A stretch of 64,000 bases of DNA, taken from NCBI GenBank assembly GCA_963705595.1, contig CAVPKD010000004.1, forward strand, positions 381,819 to 445,818. Reading direction: 5' to 3'. The stretch comes from Nitrospirota bacterium. GTDB lineage: Bacteria; Nitrospirota; UBA9217. The notes beneath the pieces are model-generated. The model was not told the DNA's origin, made no database searches, and saw only the letters and a program-made list of their open reading frames with translations. Of this stretch, positions 54,745-64,000 are shown in pieces (within the stretch, counting starts at the first letter, position 1; the number at the start of each line of letters is the position of its first letter). Both the position numbers and the translations under genes were made by a program.

Positions 54745-55152
54745 TTATCTCTTCTCTATCGGGTACTTCGCCTTTTCCCATTCTGTCCACCCACCTTTCA
54801 GTGCATAAACGCTGGGATAGCCCATCCCTATAAGTTTAAGCGCCACACGGGCACTAGTCGTCTCATTATGTCACGCGCAGTATAGAACTATCGTTTTTTC
54901 TTTGGTGTATTTCTTGGTCCAGGTTGCGGCATCCTGCGGATCCTCCCGAACCGCGCCTCTGATCTTGGAGTCGCTCTTGTCCCAATCATACCCAGTTCGA
55001 ACATCTATAATGACAGTATCTTTATCACCAAGTCGACTCTTAAGTTCCTCTTTTGACATTCTGGGCGCATCAGCCGATGCAACTGCGAAAGCCAAAAGCG
55101 AGATAAAAGATAAGAAGACCATAAGAAAACTAAATATGTATTTTTTGTTCAT
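54745..55152 (-). CDS. Exported rhodanese-like selenoprotein (in-frame UGA = Sec94)
   Basis: IIDVR..IRGA..IVLYCA-TGA-HNETTSARVALKLIGMGYPSVYALKGGWTEWEKAKYPIEKR*; hairpin AGTGCC-CGTGT-GGCGCT starting 16 nt after the UGA; GAGGAGG RBS. Confidence 0.88.
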
Positions 55153-55375
55153 GCATACCTCCTCGTGAATGTTCCCAGAATACTCATCTTGGGCAGTCAT
55201 ATCTACATGTTCAAGTCGTAACTTATTATATTGATGATAATAGCATAGGTGCAATGCATAGGAAGTACTCCGCATGATCATAGATATATTGTCCGGCTTT
55301 GCGCTGCTCTACCACTTGCCGACTCACGTTGATTGCACAGTTTTTTTGCGCATAGTATATGTAAGGTTCCATGAA

Positions 55376-55582
55376 CTAGTATCTTATGAAATAGGGGAAG
55401 GCCATCAGCACAATGCCGATGAGAACAATTAAAAGCCCGCTCGATACAAAATAGGGGAATGCCATCAGCGCGATGCCGGATAATAGCGCTACGCCGCGCC
55501 CCTGTCTCTTCCCATATACGAAGTAGCCCATGCCGATTGAGCCGAACAAAAGCCCCCACAGTAATGATGCCGAGCTATCCAT
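55376..55582 (-). CDS. Small membrane protein (68 aa)
   Basis: LLFGSIGMGYFVYGKRQ..LMAFPYFV; recurrent small-protein pattern. Confidence 0.7.
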   Translation of the reverse strand: MDSSASLLWGLLFGSIGMGYFVYGKRQGRGVALLSGIALMAFPYFVSSGLLIVLIGIVLMAFPYFIRY

Positions 55583-55677
55583 TGTGTTTTCCCAAAAGTA
55601 ACAATTTAGAATTGAAACATACATTCTGGCCAGCAGTTGATTGTGCTACCAGGTTCAGAGGAAGCAACCTTCATTCA

Positions 55678-55977
55678 TTATAGCTGTTTATTGAAATATA
55701 GCAAGAACAGGGGGTAACCAATTGTATAGCTCGGTATGGCCGTAATAAAAAATGTCGCTATCAACTGCAACGCCATTGCCACCGCAGCCGGGTTCGACAG
55801 CATGTAAGAATTTTCAAGCGGAAGCGGACTAAATATGAATTCAAATGTCTCGGTCAATTGATCAAACACACAGGCGATAGAGCCAGATGGCATGTGCCAG
55901 GCAATAGCAGCAAAGAACACTGCCAGATGAACGATTATGCAGAACTTAAAACCAGGGTTAATTATTTTCAATCTCAT
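55678..55977 (-). CDS. Hypothetical membrane protein
   Basis: Two hydrophobic segments; same orientation as its neighbours. Confidence 0.4.
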   Translation of the reverse strand: MRLKIINPGFKFCIIVHLAVFFAAIAWHMPSGSIACVFDQLTETFEFIFSPLPLENSYMLSNPAAVAMALQLIATFFITAIPSYTIGYPLFLLYFNKQL

Positions 55978-56107
55978 CTTGCTTTAAGCAGTCAATCATG
56001 CTGCATAGTTCGACGTGAAAGTTGCTCCTCCGTCAAAATCGGCCTTCGAGCAGACTACCTGGAAGAAACTTACAGGACCAAACACAAATCATTTTCCTTA
56101 GGTATTT

Positions 56108-56236
56108 TCAAATACCATAAAAAATGGATTTTCTGCGGTCGTTCCCAGATCTTCTCTCTTTCCCCCTTCTGCGTTCAGGACCTTTGTAATTTGGATCATT
56201 TGATTTTCTTCGATTCTGACCTGATCGTCGATCCAT
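56108..56236 (-). CDS. 42-aa Arg-rich micro-protein with (D/E/N)RR repeats and YKGPERR
   Basis: MDRRSGQNRRKSNDPNYKGPERRRGKERRSGNDRRKSIFYGI*; GAGG RBS upstream. Confidence 0.65.
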   Translation of the reverse strand: MDRRSGQNRRKSNDPNYKGPERRRGKERRSGNDRRKSIFYGI

Positions 56237-56302
56237 ATTAAGCCCTCGCTATTGTTTATTTATATCCTTGAATTTGTCCAGGATCCGATATGGCCCATAT
56301 GC

Positions 56303-56692
56303 TTATCTTAACCCCTTTTCATCCCGTTCTCTAAAGACTTCCCTCGCTGCAAATATACCATTCAGTGCAGCAGGAAAACCGGCATAAACCGCCATCTGAA
56401 TGATAATTTCGACTATTTCTTCCCGCGAACATCCGACATTTAGCGCTCCATGAATATGGACCTTCAACTGAGGGGCAGCATTTCCCAATGCCGTTAGCGC
56501 CGCTACCGTGGCAATCTCTCTGGATTTCAGATCAAGTCCAGGGCGGCTGTAAACGTCCCCGAATGGAAATTCAATGACATACCGGGCTAAGTCGGGGGCG
56601 ACATCTTTCAAGCTTTGAATAACCCTTTCACCTGCTTCACCATCGATTTCCTTGAGCTTTTCCAGGCCCCGAGTATATCTGTCCTTATCCAT
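56303..56692 (-). CDS. Carboxymuconolactone decarboxylase (CMD/AhpD-like) family protein
   Basis: [45 protein letters not shown]. Confidence 0.9.
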   Translation of the reverse strand: MDKDRYTRGLEKLKEIDGEAGERVIQSLKDVAPDLARYVIEFPFGDVYSRPGLDLKSREIATVAALTALGNAAPQLKVHIHGALNVGCSREEIVEIIIQMAVYAGFPAALNGIFAAREVFRERDEKGLR

Positions 56693-57083
56693 ATTATCTC
56701 CGTTTTTCGAATTGACCTATCTGCCCTCAATGCTTGTTGTCGACGCTTCTGCCTTCATCACCTTGTAGAATTTCATGATCTGATTAAGAATAGGCTCACG
56801 ATTTCCACTTGAACTCTTCACCGTCGTTCAGTTTATCCTAGGTGCGTGCTATAGAAAGAGCTAAACGCTGCACACCTCGCTCGTTACGTTTAACTCCTCA
56901 AAATAACGGATGATGTTATGAAGTACTACTTCGTAGTTTTCAATATGTGCAAAGAATAGGCTTTTGCCTGTGAAATTGTGAAGTCGTTCGGATTAGAGAA
57001 GTCGGCAGGCACGTTCCCTAATGATATGAGTACGAAGCCTGCCGTTTTTTTAGATGGGTGTTGAATAAATTGAGAATGCTCTT

Positions 57084-57284
57084 TTATGCCTTTTTTTCTT
57101 CTTTTTGTTCAATGGACATGTGCTCATCTTTTAAATCGTCTTTTTCTGTCATGGCTTTCTTAAATGACCTTATACTTTTCCCCAGGCCTTCACCAATCTC
57201 TGGCAATCTTCCAGGGCCAAATATAATTAAGACGATAAAAAGTATTACGAGCAAGTGCATCGGTCGAAAAAGTCCTTCAAACAT
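57084..57284 (-). CDS. tatA: Twin-arginine translocase TatA/TatE
   Basis: LIIFGPGRLPEIGEGLGKSIRSFKKAM; AGGAGG RBS. Confidence 0.92.
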   Translation of the reverse strand: MFEGLFRPMHLLVILFIVLIIFGPGRLPEIGEGLGKSIRSFKKAMTEKDDLKDEHMSIEQKEEKKA

Positions 57285-57494
57285 AAAATTCCTCCTTAGT
57301 AGTAGAAAAAAGTTCAGGGAACCAGCGAATTCCAGTATGAAATCTCCAATGTAAATATAGAGCATCTACATTATAGCATAAATGCGGGCTACAGCAGCAC
57401 TACAACCCTACGACTTTAACAGATCGTCTTTATAAAAAATTGGCAACTCCTTAGAAAAGGAAGAAGCAAATGATTCATATTCTGCCCACAGCAA

Positions 57495-57647
57495 TCAAGA
57501 TCTCTTCTCACGAGGAGTCACGCTTATGCGTCCGTTATTCTCGAGAACTGCGACGTGCACATCCTCTATGTTGTCACATCCAGCCCCGCGAAGCGCAGCC
57601 ATTAACTCATGCCGCGACAATTTCTCCCGTTTTAAGACATCATCAAA
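57495..57647 (-). pseudogene. DUF421/YetF C-terminal remnant
   Basis: FDDVLKREKLSRHELMAALRGAGCDNIEDVHVAVLENNGRISVTPREKRS*; N-terminal TM part absent. Confidence 0.7.
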
Positions 57648-57694
57648 TGGATAATTTGTAATATTCTACCTTTTTAATGTCACGGTAAGTCCCT

Positions 57695-58558
57695 TCAAAA
57701 AACACTTCTATAAGGCAGAAACACAACGACAGCGGCAGCACATAAACAATATATTCCGAATAGATGCCAGCGGCCGCGCTCCAGCCACAGGGAAAGCCAC
57801 TTAAGAGCTAAAATTCCAGAAGCAAAGCTTAGTACCATACCCAACAGACTGGGATAAAAGAGACTTACCATGCTTGACATATCAACTGAAGACGCATGGC
57901 GTGCCTTCAGTAATCTTAAGACTTCTCGGACGATTACAGGTGGGGTAAGAACAACGGCAAGGGCGAAACTAAACTCCTCAACTCTTTGTTTGGCTATCCC
58001 TAAAAGAAGTCCGGTGGATATAGTTGCCCCGGAACGCGATAATCCTCGAAACGGTAGACAGATACCCTGTACTGCTCCGATCCAGCAAGATTCCTTTAAG
58101 CCCAAAGTGACTTTCTCGCCGGTACGACGACTTTTCCAACCTGCGAAAATGATTAAAAGACCTGCTGCTGCAAGAGCTGCTGAGATCAAAACCATGTTAC
58201 CAAAGAGAAGCTCAATCTCCGCATGTGGGACATCCCCTAATATAAATTTCTCAATAAAATATTTCAGCAATAAGCCTATAATACCCGTCAAAAACGTAGC
58301 TACTGTAATAAGCTTTACTGAATTCCAAATGATTTTTCGTGAAGGGGAAAAGGTTTCTTTCCACGATTTCCAAAAAAAGAAGATGACCGCAAACATGGTG
58401 CCCGTGTGAAGCATCACCAGAAGAAGCGTCATCTCCGGACTGGTGGGGTCGAGTCCCATCAATTTTTCTGCCACGATAACATGCGCTGAGCTTGAGACCG
58501 GCAATAGTTCGGCGGCTCCTTGAATTATCGCTAGAATAAGAATTTTTAACCAAATCAT
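57695..58558 (-). CDS. uppP: Undecaprenyl-diphosphate phosphatase UppP/BacA
   Basis: QGAAELLPVSSSAH, HTGT, GLSRSGATI, EFSF. Confidence 0.9.
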   Translation of the reverse strand: MIWLKILILAIIQGAAELLPVSSSAHVIVAEKLMGLDPTSPEMTLLLVMLHTGTMFAVIFFFWKSWKETFSPSRKIIWNSVKLITVATFLTGIIGLLLKYFIEKFILGDVPHAEIELLFGNMVLISAALAAAGLLIIFAGWKSRRTGEKVTLGLKESCWIGAVQGICLPFRGLSRSGATISTGLLLGIAKQRVEEFSFALAVVLTPPVIVREVLRLLKARHASSVDMSSMVSLFYPSLLGMVLSFASGILALKWLSLWLERGRWHLFGIYCLCAAAVVVFLPYRSVF

Positions 58559-58934
58559 TAAAATTAACCTCGATTAATTCCCGTGAGATTTGTTGGCCCT
58601 TTTTGTCAACATTGCTCCGCCTTGACTCGAACGATCAGATAATGGTTACTACTTGAAACCTGCATATTTCAAACGACGCAACTACCGTTTATTTCAGGAA
58701 GTACGCCGACAAAAAGGTACGATCGATATTCTTCACTTCAATCAAATCCTGATCCTGTCATGAGCACCTACGAGCTTGCACACGTGATCGAGCAAAACAA
58801 TCGACAAGTTCAGATTGTGACAATCGCTGCACGCTTCAAGCGATCGTTCTCGTTTCTATTCAGAATATATTGGCCCGGTTAGTTTTGCGCTCTATGTTCA
58901 ATAACAAAGAGAAAACCGTCAAGGGGTGGGTTCT

Positions 58935-59336
58935 TCATGCGGTTTCGTCCCCGTTGTCTACGTGGAGGACACCGGGTTTTGAGCAGGGTGAGACGTTCTT
59001 GGCGGCAATGAAAACCCCAAACGACAGTATGAAGGCTATGCCGGCCACGATGAATGAGAGCGATTTTCCATGCCATAGGCCGGTAAACCAGCGCATGAAC
59101 TCATCCGCAAGCACAGCCGCATTTCCTCCATATAGCTGCAAATCATGGATATATTTCTTTGTATATCCACCCGCACCCGGGTACACATATCCACCAACGA
59201 TTTCATAGCTCAAATCGCTGGTCGAATCATTCATGGCTGCCCGGTAGATCAGGGCAGAACTGCTTAAACCAACCAACAGGATAACGGCGCTGGTGAGGTA
59301 TAAGAATGTTCGCAGGCGCGTGATTTTCAATTTCAT
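58935..59336 (-). CDS. Hypothetical 2-TM membrane protein
   Basis: TM..KKYIHDLQLYGGNAAVLADEFMRWF..HGKSL..TM; start uncertain. Confidence 0.65.
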   Translation of the reverse strand: MKLKITRLRTFLYLTSAVILLVGLSSSALIYRAAMNDSTSDLSYEIVGGYVYPGAGGYTKKYIHDLQLYGGNAAVLADEFMRWFTGLWHGKSLSFIVAGIAFILSFGVFIAAKNVSPCSKPGVLHVDNGDETA

Positions 59337-59622
59337 ATGGTGCATTCCATTTACCGTTTTACTTCTCAGCACAGCGGCTCATGCCAGCGAAAAGTCATCG
59401 CTGGAAAGGATGATTGTACTGCTCGGGGATAGCATTCGTCAAGGACGATCTGCGCCGCGCATAGACCGCCCGCCACGTCGGAGCTGATTTCCGCATGTAA
59501 CCTTCATATTCTACAGGAAGCAACTCCTGTGTCGTGCAGGAAGTAAACATACTCAGCACGTTTCTGTTGGGAATCTCTTTTATGTTCCTTCGGATTTCTA
59601 TTCTCTAGATGTAAGCGACCTG

Positions 59623-60594
59623 TCATTCCTTAACCGGGGTCCAGGTCTCGTCTGGATCGTACGATTGCATCTCCTGAGCGATCTTCAAGGTGTCCGGTCC
59701 GAGGTTTTTTTGAAAAACCTTGCCCTGGTGATTGACGATAAAGGTCATTACTCCCGACTTGCCCCAGTTTGAGGGGAATGCGGCCAAACCGAAGCCGCCG
59801 ACCATGTTGCCATTGATGATGTAATTGTATTTTCCGCCAGGCGCATGCCCTCCCTGTTTTGTCAGTATCTTGAAATAGTAGCCATGAAACGGTACCGGCT
59901 TTTCCTTGAACAGAGAATTTGCCTTCTTATAGCCCTCTATTCTAGCCTGTGCCACCAGTTCACCCAAGGGGCTCACTGCTTCGCCTGGCTTGTGTCTCCA
60001 GAAGAGACCGTTCTTCTTGTCGGGATCACTCCGGAGTTTCTGCGCATACGCAAGGATTCCGTCGCCATCCCAGTCCTTCAGGACATACTCGCGCTGTGCC
60101 TTGACGTATGAGCGACAGACCAGTATGGCAGTGAGTTCGTCTTCTCCGATCCTGCGGTTCAGGATCTCTTCTTTGCCTGCTTCGGTATCAAAGAACCATT
60201 GGCCATTCGTTTTTACCAGGGGAATCGGGAATGGCCAGTTCTCATTGCCTATGTGAATGATCACCTTTGCATCATTCTCTTTCACGAGGTTGGTTTTCTC
60301 CTCTACGTGTTTGGTAAATTCCTCAAATTGAGCGTCGGCCTGCACCTCGTCACTGGAGCGAAGGTCTTTTGCGGAGGGCCCGAATATCTGATCGAGCGCA
60401 TCCTTATCGCGCATCTTGACAGCCTCAACGAGTGCCTTCAAGGCATCTTCAGGAGTAGAAAAAAGTTTTTGCGATGCTCCCGCCATTATCGGTATGCTCC
60501 AGACAAGGATAAACGCTATACCGATAAAAAGCGCAGCAATAAAAACCATGCCACGCGAAGGACAAAAGAGAGATTTTTTTCGCTTTGTCTCCAT
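59623..60594 (-). CDS. DUF2950 family exported protein
   Basis: WPFPIPLVK, EILNRRIG, AQREY, PFHGYYFKIL, SGVMTFIVN. Confidence 0.85.
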   Translation of the reverse strand: METKRKKSLFCPSRGMVFIAALFIGIAFILVWSIPIMAGASQKLFSTPEDALKALVEAVKMRDKDALDQIFGPSAKDLRSSDEVQADAQFEEFTKHVEEKTNLVKENDAKVIIHIGNENWPFPIPLVKTNGQWFFDTEAGKEEILNRRIGEDELTAILVCRSYVKAQREYVLKDWDGDGILAYAQKLRSDPDKKNGLFWRHKPGEAVSPLGELVAQARIEGYKKANSLFKEKPVPFHGYYFKILTKQGGHAPGGKYNYIINGNMVGGFGLAAFPSNWGKSGVMTFIVNHQGKVFQKNLGPDTLKIAQEMQSYDPDETWTPVKE

Positions 60595-60661
60595 GATTTT
60601 TTCCCTTTCTTAATTCAAAGTATTCCGTGATATAAAATCAGTTGAAGCAAACCCCTCTTTG

Positions 60662-62074
60662 CTACCGGTGTTGCCTGTCACCGGACGCATTCCTGCCCTT
60701 AGGAACACTGCCTCGACTTACCGGAGGAGCGGAAGGCCGTTCGTGTTCGCTGCTTTGACGGCTGGTCTGGCCACGAAGGCTCTGCGTCTGGGCTTCACTA
60801 GCTCCCCGGTAACCGCCAAAGCTAGCTGAGGGCGTTCTGGCAGGCTGCTGGCTCGCTCGCGCAGAACCGGGCTGAGTCGAGCCGCTGCTAATATGTGGAG
60901 TAACTGGCGTCGGCTGCTGACTGCTGCCTGGTGCCGGGATTGTCGGCCGTTGACTGACATCCGGGGTTGGCATTGTTCGTCGCTCGCTGGCACTTGGAGC
61001 CGGGATTGTCGGCCGTTGACTGACATCCGGGGTCGGCATTGTTCGTCGCTCGCTGGCACTTGGAGTCGGTATGGTCGGCCGTCGACTGATACTAGGAGCC
61101 AATGGCGCTGGCTGCTGATTGACAATACCACGGCTTTCCCGGCCGCGATTGCTGTATGCACGGGTGTCCTCTCCGTGGCCGTACATCCCTCCGGCGGGCT
61201 TGGGCTGCAGCGTAACGCTTCCTCTGGCTTCACCCATGCGTTCATACCTGTCGGCGTTCGGACCACTGGGTCGTGAGGCCAAGTACCTGGCGGGGTCACC
61301 GTGTGATCTATCATGTCTCCATGTCTGATTAATGAAGGGCCTGCTTCTGTTGATATAAACATTGCTCACGTGAACATATGGCCTTGCATGATTGACCCAG
61401 CCTGGGCGGTCCCAGCCATGATAGATCACGTGGTGGTGACCCCAGTCAAAGTCCATGCTCAACCAGCCCCCAATCACCAGGCCAAAGCCAAAGTTGATGA
61501 ACGGCGAGACGGTCGGAGCTTGGACATATACAACTGAAGTGTCATACTGAGGGACATACATATACTGAGGTTGAGCTGGAACAATCTGGATGTAGTCTCC
61601 TTCGATGATGACGCTTTGTTCAGCGTTACTGACCAGATTGCCGACGGCCCTCGCCCGCCATCTGAGCCGCTGGATCGAACTGGTCACGTCTTCCGGCTGG
61701 TTCAGAAAGGCATCTCCCAGGTTGGCAGTCCAATCCATATTCTCGGCCATCATTTGAAGAACTCTTGGATAGTGGGCAATTGCCCTGACGGACTCAGCCC
61801 AATCCTGCTCGTCAATGCGCGACACATCCCCTCCGCTCTTGAGCCACACTTCCGCATCGGCAACCTCTGTCGGATACGTCGAGGCCGGCAGTATCTGGGC
61901 CAGCAGAGGGTCCGGGTAGAGCGCGATGGGGGCGAGAAGGCTATCAAGCTCATCATCCGTGAAGGATACTGAGTATGTCAGGTCCGGGTCTTCGGCCCAG
62001 GCCTGGATGGACAGGAGAGCTAAAAGGCACACAATAAATACAAGCAGGAAGCCCTTTATTAAGGTCCTCTTCAT
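60662..62074 (-). CDS. DUF3300 domain protein with Pro/Ser-rich repetitive tail
   Basis: LDSLLAPIALYPDPLLAQILPASTYP, WTANLGDAF, YVPQYD; usual partner of DUF2950. Confidence 0.85.
   Translation of the reverse strand: MKRTLIKGFLLVFIVCLLALLSIQAWAEDPDLTYSVSFTDDELDSLLAPIALYPDPLLAQILPASTYPTEVADAEVWLKSGGDVSRIDEQDWAESVRAIAHYPRVLQMMAENMDWTANLGDAFLNQPEDVTSSIQRLRWRARAVGNLVSNAEQSVIIEGDYIQIVPAQPQYMYVPQYDTSVVYVQAPTVSPFINFGFGLVIGGWLSMDFDWGHHHVIYHGWDRPGWVNHARPYVHVSNVYINRSRPFINQTWRHDRSHGDPARYLASRPSGPNADRYERMGEARGSVTLQPKPAGGMYGHGEDTRAYSNRGRESRGIVNQQPAPLAPSISRRPTIPTPSASERRTMPTPDVSQRPTIPAPSASERRTMPTPDVSQRPTIPAPGSSQQPTPVTPHISSGSTQPGSARASQQPARTPSASFGGYRGASEAQTQSLRGQTSRQSSEHERPSAPPVSRGSVPKGRNASGDRQHR
60933..61088. 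repeat. 66-bp coding tandem repeat (about 2.3 copies)
   Basis: GCCGGGATTGTCGGCCGTTGACTGACATCC recurs at 60933 and 60999; encodes PTIP(T/A)PSASERRTMPTPDVSQR. Confidence 0.9.
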
Positions 62075-62563
62075 TAGCGCAGATCCTTCCTCTCTTCCCT
62101 TGTGGTCGCTGGCAGGCAGCAGATCATCGTCGAAAACTGCTTGAGCTTTTGCTTATGAGGCGCTTTCGTAACAAATGAGATTATCCAGGCTGTGCAGCGA
62201 CCTGTCATGTTTAGACGTAGTTGATAACCTGTAAGCACATGAATGTAATTTAGACACGACGTAAAGCAAAAAAGTTGCACTATTTTCTTCCTTTTTTAAA
62301 AAAAATATTAGAGCTTGCATTGCTGATTTTAAGATTAAATACGCAATTTCCAAAAGACGGAACTATCGTAAGTTCCAGGAAGAAACTTCGTATGCTAATA
62401 CTATAGTATAATATGCTTAATTCACATCGTAGATATCATACCTTCATAATTTATCTGTCAGGCGAACTGATAAATTTACAGTTTCTGGATGATCATTGTT
62501 GAACGGAATTGCGTGCTATGGCGATCGCCTATCACCGGAAGGATGACACGGGACACTTATCCC

Positions 62564-64000
62564 TTAAATTGGATATTTCTGCCCACGCATCCACGCATCT
62601 ATGTCACTAAATGCCATCGGACGGGCGAAGAGAAATCCCTGGCCGTAGCCGCAGTGAAGCTCCTGGATCTTGGATAATTGATGCTCCATTTCAACTCCTT
62701 CGGCAATCACGTCGCAATGCAGACTGTTGGCCAAAGAAATAATGGACGTGACGATTTCCCTGTTGGGGCCGTCAGCTGAAAGTTTGTTGATAAAGCTGCG
62801 GTCAATCTTGAGCGCGTCGACCGGGAAACGATGAAGGTAGCTGAGCGAAGAGTGCCCGGTGCCGAAGTCGTCGATTTGGAGATGTATCCCCATGTCTCGC
62901 AGCTGGTTCATCATCCCAATGGCGGCATCGACGTTTTCCATGATCATGCTCTCCGTGATTTCCAATGCCAGGGTGTGCGGATCAACACCGGTCTCCGTCA
63001 GAAAACCGGAAAGCTTGCTGACGAGGTCCTGCTGATTGAATTGTTTGCTTGAAATATTGATGCTCATGGTGAGCGGAGGTTGCACAGGATACCGCACCTG
63101 AAGCAATTTCAGCTCGCGGCAGGCCTCGTGAAGTATCCATTCTCCGATATGATAGATAAGTCCGGTCTCTTCGGCCAAGGGGATGAACTCCATAGGGTAG
63201 ATGAGGCCGCGCTTCGGATGTTTCCAGCGGACGAGCGCTTCAAATCCGGTCAACCGCTGCACATTCAGGTCGATGATGGGCTGATAGTAGAGAGTGAACT
63301 CCCTGTGGTCGACTGCGCCCCGCAGATCTGCCTCTAGTTGCAGCCGGTCCAGGATGTTGGCGTGCATCTTGGCATCGAAGACCTCATAGGATGCGGTCCC
63401 CCGCCCCTTTGCCTCGTACATCGCGATGTCAGCGTCGCGCAGGACCTGCTCCGGCCGTTCATAGCGTTCCATAGCCATTGCGATTCCGATGCTGACCGAT
63501 GTAAATACTTCGTGGCCCTTGACATCGAGGGGGGCAGCCAATTTCTTCTGGATCCGTTGAGCGACGTCTATGGCGCGAGCGAGCTCGCCGATGTTCTCCA
63601 GGAGAATAGCAAACTCATCACCTCCGAGCCTCGCGACGGTATCGCCGGGGCGGATGCAATCGGCCATCTTGCGACCAACCACGATGAGGAGCTGATCGCC
63701 GATGGTATGACCGAGGCTGTCGTTGATGGTCTTGAAGCGGTCCATGTCGAGGAAGAGTACCGCGTAGTAGGGAGTGCCAGGCCGTCGCTGAGAAGCGGTG
63801 ATGACGTGCTGGAGCCGATCCATGAAAAGTGCGCGGTTCGGGAGGCCCGTCAGGGCATCGTGGAAGGCATCATATATATGCTGTTCCTCCTCCTTTTTCC
63901 TCTCGGCGATTTCCTCCTTGAGCTCGGCATAGCCGTTCTTCAGCGACGTGCTCATGGCATTAAAATGGGAAGCGAGTTCGCCGAACTCGGTCTTATCCTG
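62564..64000 (-). CDS. HAMP-GGDEF-EAL protein, 5' part outside the window
   Basis: EFGELASHFNAM (HAMP), HDALTGLPNR, RLGGDEF, FEALVRW, DDFGTGHSS. Confidence 0.93.
   Translation of the reverse strand, partial: QDKTEFGELASHFNAMSTSLKNGYAELKEEIAERKKEEEQHIYDAFHDALTGLPNRALFMDRLQHVITASQRRPGTPYYAVLFLDMDRFKTINDSLGHTIGDQLLIVVGRKMADCIRPGDTVARLGGDEFAILLENIGELARAIDVAQRIQKKLAAPLDVKGHEVFTSVSIGIAMAMERYERPEQVLRDADIAMYEAKGRGTASYEVFDAKMHANILDRLQLEADLRGAVDHREFTLYYQPIIDLNVQRLTGFEALVRWKHPKRGLIYPMEFIPLAEETGLIYHIGEWILHEACRELKLLQVRYPVQPPLTMSINISSKQFNQQDLVSKLSGFLTETGVDPHTLALEITESMIMENVDAAIGMMNQLRDMGIHLQIDDFGTGHSSLSYLHRFPVDALKIDRSFINKLSADGPNREIVTSIISLANSLHCDVIAEGVEMEHQLSKIQELHCGYGQGFLFARPMAFSDIDAWMRGQKYPI

Noticed and set aside
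56700-56990. Possible decayed merR upstream of the CMD gene
   Set aside because: Only faint resemblance (AHIENYE, MKFYK); too weak without a search
58613-58635. tRNA T-loop-like GTTCGAGTC on the minus strand
   Set aside because: No T-stem, acceptor stem or cloverleaf around it
60933-61088. Possible CRISPR array
   Set aside because: Contiguous in-frame coding repeat without unique spacers; no cas genes in the window

Overview
Bacterial chromosomal window of moderately high GC. Gene content and intergenic repeats suggest an anaerobic Nitrospirota/Desulfobacterota-like organism (inference, not tested). From left to right it carries: (1) the housekeeping block ftsY(3')-zapA-6S RNA-rarA-rny-ymdB-xseA; (2) about 13 kb separating xseA from xseB (HEAT-repeat/HD-GYP pair, secreted lipoprotein, DUF3795, pntAAB, Lhr helicase); (3) xseB-ispA-dxs-tlyA, an orphan V/A-ATPase subunit I, a PQQ sugar dehydrogenase, an Fe-S/DUF3786 gene and a hemerythrin; (4) a LexA-boxed SOS cassette (small ORF-dinB-lexA) whose first gene is split by a 599-bp non-autonomous IS200/IS605 (tnpB-derived) element with both ends intact; (5) a solute-binding protein plus MCP pair; (6) a nitrogen island: porin-amtB-glnK, two further glnK-amtB units, and ntrB-ntrC, with four near-identical NtrC-box/IHF/sigma54 promoters, the fourth of which has no adjacent sense gene and points antisense into an EamA transporter gene; (7) a patchwork accessory region with a U32 protein, a UGA-readthrough rhodanese selenoprotein, a 42-aa YxGPERR/DRR micro-protein missed by the ORF track, CMD, tatA, uppP, DUF2950/DUF3300, a GGDEF-EAL gene and several gene remnants. 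Frameshifts in rarA, rny, ymdB, dxs and ntrB are most likely sequencing or consensus indels. No rRNA, tRNA or CRISPR array was seen. All family assignments come from motif recognition by eye; no database search was run.
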